DNA of 64,000 nucleotides from Prorocentrum cordatum. Taxonomy: Eukaryota. Shown one piece after another: positions 24,755 through 36,411 of this stretch. Each line of letters starts with the position of its first letter. Position 1 is the first letter of the stretch. The stretch is from the NCBI GenBank assembly GCA_963575745.1, contig CAUYUJ010000042.1, forward strand, positions 1-64,000, read 5' to 3'. The notes beneath the pieces were generated by a model that had not been told where the DNA came from, searched no databases, and was given only the letters and a program-made list of their open reading frames with translations. The position numbers were made by a program, and so were the translations under genes.

Positions 24755-25439
24755 AGACACCCAGAGTATGCTTGACCGACTGGACTTCCGGGCTTCAACC
24801 ACGTACAGTGCTTCAGGACCTAAACAGCCAAGGGGTGCGGCGAGACACCCACTTGTGGCCGTTCGGTTTCCGCCCTGGTGCGAAACACGCGCAGTAACCG
24901 CCGCCGTCCTTCGTGGCCTCCCTCCCCTGACCTATTCGAATGGGGAGCTGGGGAGAGGCCGCAGTGGCCCTTGTCTTTCGTTGACCTCTTGTCCCGGCGC
25001 GAGGTCGGGCCTGGCTGCTGCCGCCAGGGCATGCCGGCCAGGCAGGCGTCGCCCAGGGGCACAGCCACAGACTGGCCGCCCAGACGCTGCCCCCAGTGCT
25101 GGGGATGGCGCCGGCGACATCACCTGAGCGACGGAACAAAGAGGAGCCGATTGCGCAAGCATTCGCGCGTAAGCTGCCCGTGTGAGATCTCGCGTAAGCG
25201 CCCTCGCTTCCAATGTGGCGTGCCGCGCTGGCTGCCCGCGCAAGCCGCGGCGTAAGGTCGCTATGTCTTCTCTCGGATATAGGCAGGATCAGGTACGGGG
25301 AGCTGGTTAGTGATTGGGGCCCGAAGCCCAAACCATCGACTGGTATTTCTTCGGGTGACGGCTATTCCGGGTCGTGGCATTGGGCGCCGGGCGCCTGATG
25401 GCGAATGCCTTACGGCCGATGCCGCCGACCCTGAAGGGG

Positions 25440-25628
<189 letters not shown>

Positions 25629-25654
25629 CCCGCCCGTGCCCGATCCTCGCGCAG

Positions 25655-25901
25655 GGCCCGTTTCTTCTCGCCGCTCCCCTGCCCTGGCGCTGCCGCGGGC
25701 GAGCGCCACGGCGGCGCCGGCGCCGGCGCCGGCCGCGCCGAGGCCGCCTCCGCCGCCGAGGCCCCGGGCGCGGCCGCCGCCGCGGGGCCCAGCGAGCTGG
25801 GCGGCGGCGGGGCAGCCGCGGCGGGGGGCCGCGGGCCCCGAGGCGCCGGCCAGCGCGGCGGCGGGCGCGGCCGGGCGCGGCGGCTGCCGCGGGGAGCAGA
25901 G
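25655..25901 (+). CDS. Putative low-complexity Gly/Ala-rich exon of the J-domain gene
   Basis: gcAG|G acceptor is phase-compatible with exon 2; GC3-rich frame ARFFSPLPCPGAAAGERH...; AG|GC donor. Confidence 0.45.
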
Positions 25902-28900
25902 GCCCGCGGAGCTCTCGAGGGGGCAGCGAGCGGCGACGAGCGAGCAGCAGTTCCTCCTCCTCTCTCCCCTCTCCTCCCTCCTCCTCCTCCCCTCCTCCTC
26001 GTCATCCTCCCTCCTCCTCCTCCTCCTCCTCCTCCTCCTCCTCCTCCTCCTCCTCCCATCAACGAACAAACAATACAGGAACATTGAAAACATATTCGGA
26101 GGTGCGCACGGATTTCTCAGATCGGCGCTGGACCCCCCTCCCTGGCGCGCGGAGCGCGCCAGGGGTGGCGCGCCAGAGGTGCCGCAAGGGGGCCCTGGCG
26201 CCGCGCGGACCTCAGAGTTGTTTGTGTATGTTTTTGTTTGTTCTGTTTGTTCCCTTAGAGCAGCGCACACATGCACACATTCACACCCATACCCATAGGT
26301 GGGACAGAGGAGCTATGGGTGCCTGTTGTCGGATGGGGGTCCCCGCTCGAACGGCCCCCCCCCCGTGAGGTCCGACAACCCGCACTCGCAGCCAGCCCCC
26401 TCCTGCCGGGCTCTCGAGGACAAGGGCCCGCCGTCAGCAGAAGCGTTTGGAGGTCCGCGCGGCTTTCTTGGAGCGGCGCAGGGCCAGCTTCCAGACTGGG
26501 TCTCGTCCTGTTCCTGACGGCCCCGCCAGGCCAGCTCGAGTCCTCCAAACTAGAGTCTTACTCAGGAGGGAGAGAAACACACAGACACAATTAATCGTCG
26601 ATTCCCCGGAAAATATGGGAACATATGGGAAGTGGGGGGGAAGACAACACCGAAGAACATATGGGAAAATGTGGGGGACATCTTGTATTTGTGTGTATTT
26701 ATTTGTGTGTCCTGGGGCCCCTTCACTTACGTCTTCCCGACACGCCGCCGGGGGGTCGTGGCCAGGAGGCCGTGTGCACGATTTTTGCTGCTCGCCGCCT
26801 CGGAGGCGAGGGCCCGTCGAGACAACGGCAGCCCTCCCCGTCGTATTTTGTCTGCCTCTCTGGGCCTCCGCGGAGGCTCCTCGCCTCCGCGGCGGGCTCC
26901 GCCTCGAGGGACGGACCAGCGCGGACCCTGGGAGGGTCCTCCTCCTCCTCCTCCTCCTCCTCCTCCTCCTCCTCCTCCTCCTCCTCCTCCTCCTCCCCCC
27001 TTCCTCCCCCCATCAAGGAACAAACAATACAGGAACATTGAAAACATATTCGGAGGTGCGCACGGCTTTCTCATATCCGCGCTGGATCCGCCTGGAGGGA
27101 CGGACCAGCGCGGACCCTGGCTTTCTCTCGATTCTGGGCCCGACCGAGCGTCGCCGGGGATGGGGACAAAGGGCAGGATCGGGCAGCATCGGCTCGGAGA
27201 GCCGGATCGGAGCGGGACGTGCGCCTCGGATCGGGCCGCACCGGCTCGGCATCGACATCGGATCGGACCGGCGGGACCCGCCCTCGACTCGGATCGGCGG
27301 GATCCGCCTCGAGGGGCGGAGCAGCGCGGACCCCGGGAGGGGCCTCCGGGGGCCGGCTTCGAGGGGACGGTTTGGCCGCGGTGGGAGAGCCGCCGAGTTG
27401 TGTCAAGAGGGCCCCCTGCACGTCTGCGGAAGTCGGGCCTTTCCCCCTGCCAGGGGGATTTTCGACGAAAGATAAAAAAAAAAATCCCCCGAAAGTAGTC
27501 AAGGAAAAATCAAAACAGATAGTCAAACAAAACAGGATTTTCGACGAGAGATAAAACATACCCCCAGAAATAGTCAAACAAATCGTCAAAGAATTTTCGG
27601 AGTATGTTTTTTTGAGTATTCTGTTGACCAGTTGGGGGTAATTTTGGGGCATGTTTTATTTTTCGTCGAAAATCCCCCTGTAGGGGGACACGCCCGGCCT
27701 TAACGTATGCGTGGATGCGTCGCTCTCCCCGCCAGAACCCTAGCCCCGGACTCCCTTGGCTTCGGATCCGCCGTACTTCGGGGCGACTTCGCAAGTAGGG
27801 TGGACATGTCCGCCCTATTTCTCAAGCTCCCTTCATGCCAATTTCCGCTCTCTCTTGCCGTCGCTATTTCCCACCATATCTCTGCGCGAAAGAACCTGTC
27901 ATTTTCTGAGGCGGGAATCTCCGCCTCTGTTTTTCGCACCTCTCGGGGTAGATTTCTGGCACGACTTTAGGTTGGTAGATCGGCCACAGCATCGCGGATG
28001 GTATCCAGGGGTGGACGGACCTCCTAATTACCCCGACACGTCGATGAAGGAACTGGCCGTCTGCGGCTCGCGAGAGGGCGTCGCGGCCGTCCTTCTTGCG
28101 GGCCCGGGTCCGTCGGCTTCGGCCCCAGGCCGTTTTTTTTTCACTGCGGGGAGGAGGAGGAGGAGGAGGCGGAGGAGGAGGAGGAGGAGGAGGAGCGAGG
28201 AGCGAGGAGCGAGGAGCGAGGAGGAGGGGAGGAGGAGGAGGCGGAGGAGGAGGAGGAGGAGGAGGAGGAGGAGGAGGAGGAGGAGGAGGAGGAGGAGCGA
28301 GGAGCGAGGAGCGAGGAGGAGGAAGAGCAGGACGAGGAGGAGGGTGTGCTAGATGGAGGCAGGGCCCACCCCCGAGGTGTGCTCGGGGCCGGCGGCGCCC
28401 CCGGGGGGGGGGGGGGGAATGAAGCCGATGGGGGGGCCGCCTCGGGGGGCTCGCGGAAGGGCCTCCTGCCCTCTGCCGGGCTTCCCGGGCTCGGGCCCCG
28501 AGGGCGCATGTTAGTAAGCTTTCTCCGCAGGATAACGTCGGGCCTGCCCCTCTGACAGGGGGTCGGGGGTGGACAGACCTCCTACCCTGACACGTCGATT
28601 AAGGAATTGGCCGTTTTCGGTTCGCGAGAGGGCGTCGCGGCCGTCATTTTTGCGGGTCCAGGTCTGTCGGTTTCGGTCCCAGGCCGTTTTCACTAAGGGG
28701 AGGTTTACTAAAGGGAGGCTTGTCCACCGCCGAGGGGGAGCATTCCAAGACAGTCAAAACATAGTCTGGGGACCCTTTTTTGCGCATTTCTGGGCATGTT
28801 TGGAGTATTTGCTAAGTCTCTTTTTTACTCCTCGTCGACAACCCCCCTGTAGGGGGACACGCCCGACTGGAGGCTTCTGGGACGTCCCGCCGCCCTCTGA

Positions 28901-29519
28901 GAAGGCCGTCCTCCCTCCCGCCTCCGAGGCAGGGCCGCCTGCGATCCGTGTCGGTGCGATTCCGTTCGCCGTGCGGGGCCGCCTATACGATGCGATGCGG
29001 TCCGCCGGCCGGGGCTGCGATTCCGATCCGATGCGGTCCTGCTCTGTTCGCCTCCGAGTTTTTATGTTTTTGTGTTCCCCTACACTACAAACGGCGCAGT
29101 GACCACACCATTCCTCCTGCTCCTCCTCCTCCTCCTCCTCCTCCTCCTCCTCCTCCTCCTCCTCCTCCTCCTCCTCCTCCCTGAGTCGGCCAGGGCCAGC
29201 CAGGAGAGCGGTGCGCGGCGAGTCGATGCCGATCCGATTCGGGACGATTCGCCTGCGGTTCGAGCCGCGCCAGATCCGATCCGATTTCGCGACCCGATCC
29301 AGCGCAGACTTGCCTCCCCCCCTCGCTCGCTGCCGATGGTCGGTATCGTTTAACCGATCCCCATCCCCATCCCCTCCGAGACCCCCACCCAATTACCACC
29401 CCAGTTGGGGATACACCCCTCGAAACCCGCAGGTAACGACCTGTATCCCCATCCAGGGTGGTAGATCGGCCAGTGGGGCCCAGGCCACGCCGCTGGGGAT
29501 GGGGATCAGTGAAACGATA

Positions 29520-29692
29520 CAGTCGACCCGCAGAGTAAGGATAGGCATCCCTCCCAAGGGTACCCTTGCATCCTTGCCTTCTCGGCCCATCCTTGGCCGC
29601 TTTCGTTGGCCGCGGCCCGCTCGAGAAGCTTCGACATAGGCGTCCAAGGCCCTTGCATCCTTAGCGCGCATCCTTACTATGCTGGTTGTCTG
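29520..29692. mobile_element. MITE family B copy
   Basis: ta-cagtcgacccgc ... gctggttgtctg. Confidence 0.75.
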
Positions 29693-29805
29693 CACATTTA
29701 AGCCGGGCCTAAAAGTAGTCCGGGGACTATTTTTAGATTATTTTTTGCCATTTTGGAGCATTCTTGTAGTATTTTTTTTTCGTCGCAAATCCCCCAGACA
29801 GCCAG

Positions 29806-29918
29806 AGGCTGCTGCTGCGGCTGGAGCGGTGGGTGCTGCGGCTGCACGCGCTGGCCCGGCGCATGGACCCGGCGCAGCGCAGGGCGGCGCTGCTCGGCCT
29901 GTCGCCGGGGCTCCAGAG
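29806..29918 (+). CDS. Putative exon of the J-domain gene (RLLLRLERWVLRLHALARRMDPAQRRAALLGLSPG)
   Basis: Protein-like, GC3-rich helical frame bounded by AG acceptor and GC donor candidates. Confidence 0.55.
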
Positions 29919-30288
29919 GCGGCTCGTGGAGTGCGTCGAGTCCCACGGTCTGCGGGGGCCCCGCCTCGCCAGAGCTCGGCGGCGAGCGAGGTTCTGACTG
30001 CGAGGTTCTGGGTCTTCGAGGGGAGGAGGAGGAGGAGGAGGAGGAGGAGGAGCAGCAGAAGGAAGAGGAGGAGGAGGAGGAGGAGGACGGGGAGGGAAGG
30101 GAGAAGGATGAGGAGGAGGAGGCGGAGGAGGAGGAGGAGGAGGAGGAGGAGGAGGAGGATATTGGAGGAGGAGGATTTTGAGGATGGGTCCTGGGGGCCT
30201 CTTGGGCGCGTTCTCGCAGTCTCTTGGCGGTTTTGTCGCCCTCGGGGATGCGTTCCAGCGGCTGCGCCCCGCCGAGAGCGTGCCCAGG

Positions 30289-30437
30289 TGCGAGATATAC
30301 GCTGTACATATTGTGTATTGTGCAGATTGTGCAGAGCACGACGGTAGCATAGCGAGCGAGCCATTGCACTTTGGCCCAACACTTTTCAGGGCCCTTGAGT
30401 CAGCGCAGCAGCGGTGTGGAAAACATCTCAGATGTTA
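30289..30437 (+). repeat. Copia-A 5' LTR, left part
   Basis: Aligns to 44279-44427. Confidence 0.92.
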
Positions 30438-30527
30438 TGCCTAGTGTTCAACACGTGTTTGTTAGCTTCTGTCTCGGGGTTGGGCCGCCGTGAAGGTCGC
30501 GGGCTTGCATCACGTCGGAGTGTTGTA

Positions 30528-30549
30528 TCCGTGACCTTGTTGGCTCAAG
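30528..30549 (+). promoter_or_regulatory. DinoSL-like 22-mer at the 3' end of repeat A1 (identical copy at 36622-36643)
   Basis: TCCGTGACCTTGTTGGCTCAAG vs DCCGTAGCCATTTTGGCTCAAG: 18/22, ungapped. Confidence 0.8.
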
Positions 30550-30564
30550 CGAGAGCCCGGTTCA

Positions 30565-31008
30565 ATGCTGAACCGGGTGACCGACTGGCTGGGAGTGGGC
30601 GTCATTTCATACCTCCGTCGTTGCCCCTCAGCTCCTGCCTGTCCCGAGTGCCCGCCATACACGTGCCAGCTGACTTGTCCTTCGGTTCCGAGCTGCCCCG
30701 CGTGCCCTGGGTCCCCGACGCCAGCGCAGGCGTCCTGTCCTGAGCCTCCAGTCTGCCCAGCACCCGACGTGACGCCGCCCTCGAGCCGCATCTGGGACGT
30801 GGTGCTAGGCTTTCTCTCTGCGCTCACGATTACAGGGCTCGTCGCGGCGGCTGGTTGCTGTGGATCAGTTTCTCTGGCAACTTCCCGCCGCCATGGCGTC
30901 AGGAACCGTCCAGCCCTGGGCTTGGATCCTGCACAGCGGGGATCGAGGCTGGCAGCAGCGGCGAGTCTTGGGCCACTTGCGGCCGCAGGGAGTGACTCCA
31001 GTCAATGA
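30565..31008 (+). CDS. Small Cys/Pro-rich single-pass membrane protein (accessory ORF0 of the YR element)
   Basis: ATG 15 nt after the SL-like motif; repeated CP motifs, hydrophobic WDVVLGFLSALTITGLVAAAG, CC, basic tail. Confidence 0.55.
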   Translation: MLNRVTDWLGVGVISYLRRCPSAPACPECPPYTCQLTCPSVPSCPACPGSPTPAQASCPEPPVCPAPDVTPPSSRIWDVVLGFLSALTITGLVAAAGCCGSVSLATSRRHGVRNRPALGLDPAQRGSRLAAAASLGPLAAAGSDSSQ

Positions 31009-32208
31009 TCTGCTAGTGGTGTGCGTGACGCCCGATGCCGAGGTGTACTTCGAGCAGCTCGATGGGACGAGCCAGGACTACCAGGCGGTGCGCTTCGCCT
31101 CAGATCGACGGACCATCCCGCCTGGGATCGCGCGGGCCGAGACCTATAGGTTTCGTCGCCCGCCCACTGCTGCCGAGCTCGCGGTGTTCATGGTCAGGCT
31201 CGTCAGGCGGCATATGACCTGTACATCCAGCAGGCGGCAGCGGCGGCGGGGTTGCCAGCGGTGGCTCCGCCCGGAGGCGCCTTCATCCCTCTGGCGCAGC
31301 CGCTCGCGGTGGTGCCCGAGGGCGGCTCGATGCCGGCAGCTGGTGCCCTGGCTCCCGCTGCTCCTCTCGCAGGCGGCGCGGCCGCGGGCGCCGCTGGGGC
31401 TCAGTGGGTGACGGTGGAGTGGACCACGTTCGGCCCTCGCGGGTCACCTGTCACTTTGGCGGCGACTGATCACGTGCAGGGCGAGGTCGGCATCTTCACC
31501 ACTCCTTCTGGCGCAGCCGTGCTGGTCCGCGACCTGCAGGCTCACCCCGTGGAGGAGTACGTCGCCATGGAGAGCCATCACGATCTGAGGGTCAGCAAGG
31601 CCACGATCGTGGCGTCGAGGGATCGTCTCAGAGGTCGCTTCGTCGGGTCGGACGTTCAGCTTCGGGAGTCACCCTTTCCAGACTGGCCCGTGCCTGGGCC
31701 TAGGACGGTGAAGTGGCGCTGCAGCTGGCTCTTTCGCCGGCAAGGAGGACCTCTCGAGCACCACCGCTCGCTCATCATGACCTTCGGCCTGCGGACCGAT
31801 GACTGGGGCGTAGAGGTCCACCACACTGCCTTGCGCTGCCTAGATGAGGGCTTTTGTTATGATATGATTGACGTTAGCAACAGTGCCACGATCGAGCTCC
31901 TCCTCAGGAAGGCGCAGCTGGTGGAGTACGTCTACCACGTGGACTTCCTGGCCTCGCGCGGTTCTGGGCCGAAGGGCAAGGACAAAGGGGGCTCGTCATC
32001 GTTGCAGCACGCCGTGTTCGATGAGGCCGCCATCTTCTCGGGGATGACCAAGGACTCGGGCATGGCGATGGTCTGCCCGGACCTCATCGCCCACGTGGCG
32101 GGCGAGGTCGAGCGCGACGCTGCGATCCTCAAGCAGGTCCGCAAGGCCCGCGAGGAGAGGGCGGAGCTCGTGAAGCAGGGGAAGAAGGGTAATCAGGAGC
32201 AGGGGTGA
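30893..32208 (+). pseudogene. gag-like ORF1 of the YR element (frameshift near 31200)
   Basis: MASGTVQPW...TPDAEVYFE; DWPVPGPRT..W; HH; YD..DVSNSATIELLLR; KQVRKAREE. Confidence 0.75.
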
Positions 32209-34430
32209 TGCTTCCCCCTCCAGGGCTGGACCGACCTCCCGACAAGCCCTGTCGCGATCACGCCCTTCAGGGAGGGCCTCCTGGACTTACACCTGGGAGG
32301 CAGTCTGCTCACAGTCATCCTTTTTGGGCTGAGGAGCGGCAGCGCAACTTGCTGCCTCCGCCTCGGCCCGCTGCAGTTTTGCATCGAGGCTTCAGAGGAT
32401 CTGCTGTGCACCTTGGCAGGTCTATCAGGCGTCGGCTGCTGCGTACCAACCATGTTGATGAAGTTTGTGACGAGGTCGCCGGCGCGCTGAATGATTTGTA
32501 TATTGGTTCAGCCTGTCCGCGGAAGACCCAGGGCCCCACCGCCAGCCAGCCGGCCAGTCTCAACATGATTCGCCAGTCGGTCATCTCGGTGGGGCCGCCG
32601 CCGGGCGATCTGAACGGCCCAGGAGCCCTTCGAGCGCTTCGGGCGAAGAGTGCTTACGGCGAAGGCGCCGTGATCGCCCCCCTCAGCATGGGCTCCGTCC
32701 ACCTGGTCGACCTGCCTGCGGCTGGATCAGCGTCGCGGCCCCTTGAGCATCTGCCAGGCGATCGGGGCAGAGAGATTGCTGAGCGGCTAATTCAATTGCG
32801 CTTGCCAGAATCCACTGGCAGGGAGATAGCCAGACTCGAGGGACCTGCCCGACCTTACTCGGATCCTGCTCAGAAGCGGTCGCCCGCCCTCTACGCGGAG
32901 CTGCTGCGTGGGATGGCTGACTGCGACCTGATCGAGTGGCACTTGTCGGGCGAGGTCTCTCGCGGCCTGTTCTTCATTTATAAGAAGTCAGGGAAGTACC
33001 GTTTGATCGTGGGTGGTAGGCTACCATCGTGCCATTTTCGCGATAGCGACCCAGTGGCTCTGGCGTCTGGGGCTGCCTTCTCGGCCATAGAGGTTGACAG
33101 TGCGGCTCCTATCCAGGTCGGCTCGGTCGATATCATAAACGCGTTTTACAACATGCAGTTACCCGAAGCTCTTCGTGATATGTTCGTCCTCCCGAGGTTC
33201 GCGCCGACCTGGTGAATGTCTCGGCGGCCCAAGGCCGCGCTGTCAGGCGGGGCCAGTACCTGTTTCCAGTCCTGAAGGTGATTCCGATGGGCTGGAAGCT
33301 CTCCCTCTGGGCCTGTCAGCAGGTACTTGAGCATCGAGCCAGGGGGGTTCGAGGCGCGTCTGACAGCAATGCCGTGGTTGATCATCTCCCCCACCCTTGT
33401 CTGGAGCCCTTCGCGCACGCTGAGTATGTTGGCAACTTTTTCGCTTTCGGGAAGGATCGGGAGGTAGTCAAGGGCGTGGAAGAGGAGGTTCAGCAGGAAT
33501 TGAGTGGGGTAGATCTTCCAACGCATCCAGTGGAGGCGGGTCCCGGCATGACGGCTTTACGCTGGGCCCTTGACGAAAACGCTACTGTTGGTTTGAGTCC
33601 TCGCATTGTCTGGAAGATTAGGTTGGCTATTCAACATATTCTCAAGGAAGGGTATGTCAGCGGGGAGACCTTGACGGTTATCATGTCTCATTACACGACG
33701 AGAGCTCTCATCCGCCACGAGGTGTTGTGCGTTTTCTCGGCCTGTTACTCCTTTGCAGCTGACGCTGGACCTCGTCGCCGCCGTCTCTGGGGTTCTGTTC
33801 GACGCGAACTGGGCTGGGCCGCTGGGCTCATCTCCCTCGCCCCTCGTAATCTTGGGGCTGCTTGGTCTGAGGATGTCCTCGCTGTCGATGCGTCGTCTTG
33901 GGGAGGGTGTACCGTGCAGCAGAAGGTGGACATCGGCACTGTCAAGTCGCTCGGTCGGTTCAATGACAGGTGGAGATTTTCTCGCGAAGCTGAATTGCGT
34001 TATCGACCTCGGGATCACGCTCTCTCGCTCGCTCTTCTAGGAGGCTTCGACGTAGACGGGCCCGCCCCCGAGGTTCCAGAGGATAAGCTCGACGTTGACT
34101 CGAATATATGGGACGGCGAGTGGCGGCGTGTCTTGGTGAGACGGTGGGCCCGCTCGGAGGCGCAGGTGGTCCTCGAGGGCCGCAGCATGGTTCTAGCTCG
34201 CCTCCACAAGACGCGTACCCTGGCGAATTTCGGGAAGCGCCACTTGTACCTGGGCGACGCCATGGCCAGCATCCTTGCCGTGCCCAAGGGTCGTTCATCC
34301 TCCAAATTGATGCGAGTCTGTCGTCAGATTGGTGGCCTCAGCCTTGCTTTCGACGTGACCTCTCGTTGGCGCGGTGGCTTCCTTCAGAGCACAATCCCGC
34401 GGGTCGAGGCTCAAGGCGCAAGCAGGGTGA
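32208..34430 (+). pseudogene. Reverse transcriptase + RNase H of the YR element (frameshifts; YVDN altered to YVGN)
   Basis: LFFIYKKSGKYRLIV, DIINAFY, IPMGW, EYVGNF; VDASSWG, LEGR, KGRSSS, WLPSEHNPA. Confidence 0.88.
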
Positions 34431-34759
34431 CTGGGCCGAGGCGTCGGCCAAGCCCCACGCGCCCGACCCTCCAGCTGCTGTCCTACCCAGGCCGAGGCAT
34501 GCTCCGCTGGGCGGGGGCGCCCGCGGCCAGCGGGACGGCCGCGTCCGCGCCTTTGCAGCCAGGCTCGGTCGGGCCTTTGGCGTCGACGTCGGCCCCGCTG
34601 ATGTTCCCGCCGCGGCTGCCAGCAGCGAGGCCTTCGACCGCCCAGAGGTGCCGCAATCGGCCCGCAGCGCAGTCGCTGGCACCGCCCAGCGGCCTCGAGC
34701 CAGACCGTCGAGCCGATCGCGCTGCTCGCCGCCGCAGGGGCTACGGGTCGGAGCCGGCG

Positions 34760-35737
34760 GTCGACGAGCTCGGCCTGTCTCTGCTCGAGAGGCGCACCGT
34801 GAAGAAGCCCCAGGAAGCTCGGTACAAGCGAATTGTGGGTCAGTCTTGTCTCTGGTGTACAACAGCCGATCGGGCGATCGAGGACGCCACCCAGCTCGAC
34901 TCGGCGGTGACGGCCTACCTTCACGAGCAGTTCTCCCAGGGCTACCCGAGCTCGGTGGGCGCCTACCTCCTGGCGGCCCTCGCGCACTGTCGGCAGGACC
35001 TGTCGCCAAAGGCGCCCGAGCTGCTGAAGGCGAGGCGGGCGCTCTTGGGCTTCCTGAAGGCCGCCCCAAACCGGTCGAGGTGGCCCCTCCCGTGGCCGCT
35101 CACCGCGCTGATCGCGGACTCGCTGATCAACCAAGGCCACTGGGTGGCGGCCGCAGCGGCGCTCCTGTGCTACGTGTTCTACACCAGGCCGTTCGAGCTT
35201 CTGCGCCTGCGAGTGAAGGATGCTGTTCCACCACCGCGAGGAGGACCCAGAGCTCTGGCGATGTGGACCCTGCTGCTGAACGCGTCGGAGTACAGCGCGC
35301 CTTCAAAGACGGGCGAGTTCGACGAGTCGCTGAGCCACGACAACACGGAGTTCTGGTGGGTGGGAGGCCTGCTGACGCGGCTCCGTGCCGGCCGCGGCGC
35401 AATGCTGCCGCTGCTCAACCTGAAGTGCTCGAGCAGGGCCGCCCTGTTCCCCCAGGCCGCGGTCGACGTGGGCCTCGGCAACCTGGGGCCTCCCACGCTG
35501 CGCCAGCTCCGCCACGGCGGAGCGAGCCGCGAGCTGGCCACCCGCGCCCGCCCACTCGCCGAGATCAAGAAGCGCGGGCGGTGGGCAGCCGACAGCAGCG
35601 CGCGCCGCTACGAGAAGAGCGGCCTGTTGCCCACCCAGCTGCAGCGGGCCTCGGACGCCGTGCAGCGCCAGGCTCACGCTGCCGCCGCGAGCATCGGCTC
35701 GCGGATCCTGAGGATGCCGCTCGCCAGGCAGCAGTGA
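34760..35737 (+). CDS. Tyrosine recombinase
   Basis: YTRPFELL (Arg box I), SKTG, LRHGGAS, RGRW..DSSARRY (catalytic Tyr); true start uncertain. Confidence 0.9.
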   Translation, partial: VDELGLSLLERRTVKKPQEARYKRIVGQSCLWCTTADRAIEDATQLDSAVTAYLHEQFSQGYPSSVGAYLLAALAHCRQDLSPKAPELLKARRALLGFLKAAPNRSRWPLPWPLTALIADSLINQGHWVAAAAALLCYVFYTRPFELLRLRVKDAVPPPRGGPRALAMWTLLLNASEYSAPSKTGEFDESLSHDNTEFWWVGGLLTRLRAGRGAMLPLLNLKCSSRAALFPQAAVDVGLGNLGPPTLRQLRHGGASRELATRARPLAEIKKRGRWAADSSARRYEKSGLLPTQLQRASDAVQRQAHAAAASIGSRILRMPLARQQ

Positions 35738-35744
35738 CAGGACA

Positions 35745-36411
35745 ACAGTTTGCTCTAGAGATCTTTTCGGGGTCGGGCCGCCTTGCTCAGGCTCGGCGGC
35801 GGGCTGCAGCTTTGAAGAATATTCAGATACTTGAGATCGACATTCGGCACGGGCCACATTTTGACTTGCTAAATCAGAGCCTCGTCCGAAAAATCCGCGG
35901 ATGGGCTCGCGCTGGCCTGATCGCCGCGATCTGGCTGGTTCCGCCTTGCTCCTCCTTCTCGGCCCTCCGGTGCCTCTTCTCGCCGGTTCGGTCGCGCGCC
36001 TTCCCTCTTGGCCTCCCCTCCCTCTCGCCCGCCGACCAGCGTGTAGTCAACATAGCCAATCGCCTGTGCAAAGTGGCCTCCAGTATCTTAGATCTGCGCC
36101 GCAGGCTCGGTGCGCCGTGCGTCGTGGAGAATCCTCGCACCAGCCTGCTTTGGAATGTTAGAGCGTTCGAGATCCTCGCGCGAAGCTCGCGTATAGAGAC
36201 GCGCGTCACTGACTACTGCGCCTGGGGCGCTCCGTGGCGTAAGCGCACGAGGTTTCTCTGTGCCCGCATCTCAAGCAGGCATCTCAGCGTCGCTTGCTCT
36301 GGCCGCGGCGTGTGCTCGTTCTCAGGTAAGAAGCATGTTGAAATCGTTGGCAACCATCCGTGCGGTGTCAAATTCAGTAAGCTGCTTCGGAGCAATTTCG
36401 GAGAGGTCTGA
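35745..36411 (+). CDS. C5-cytosine methyltransferase-like domain of the YR element
   Basis: LEIFSGSG (motif I), PPCSSFS (motif IV), VENP (motif VI), DYCAWGAPWRKRT (motif VIII-like). Confidence 0.85.

Noticed and set aside
34295..35857. Long antisense ORFs over the YR gene (and over 46266-47633)
   Set aside because: Shadow frames expected from GC3-rich sense coding.
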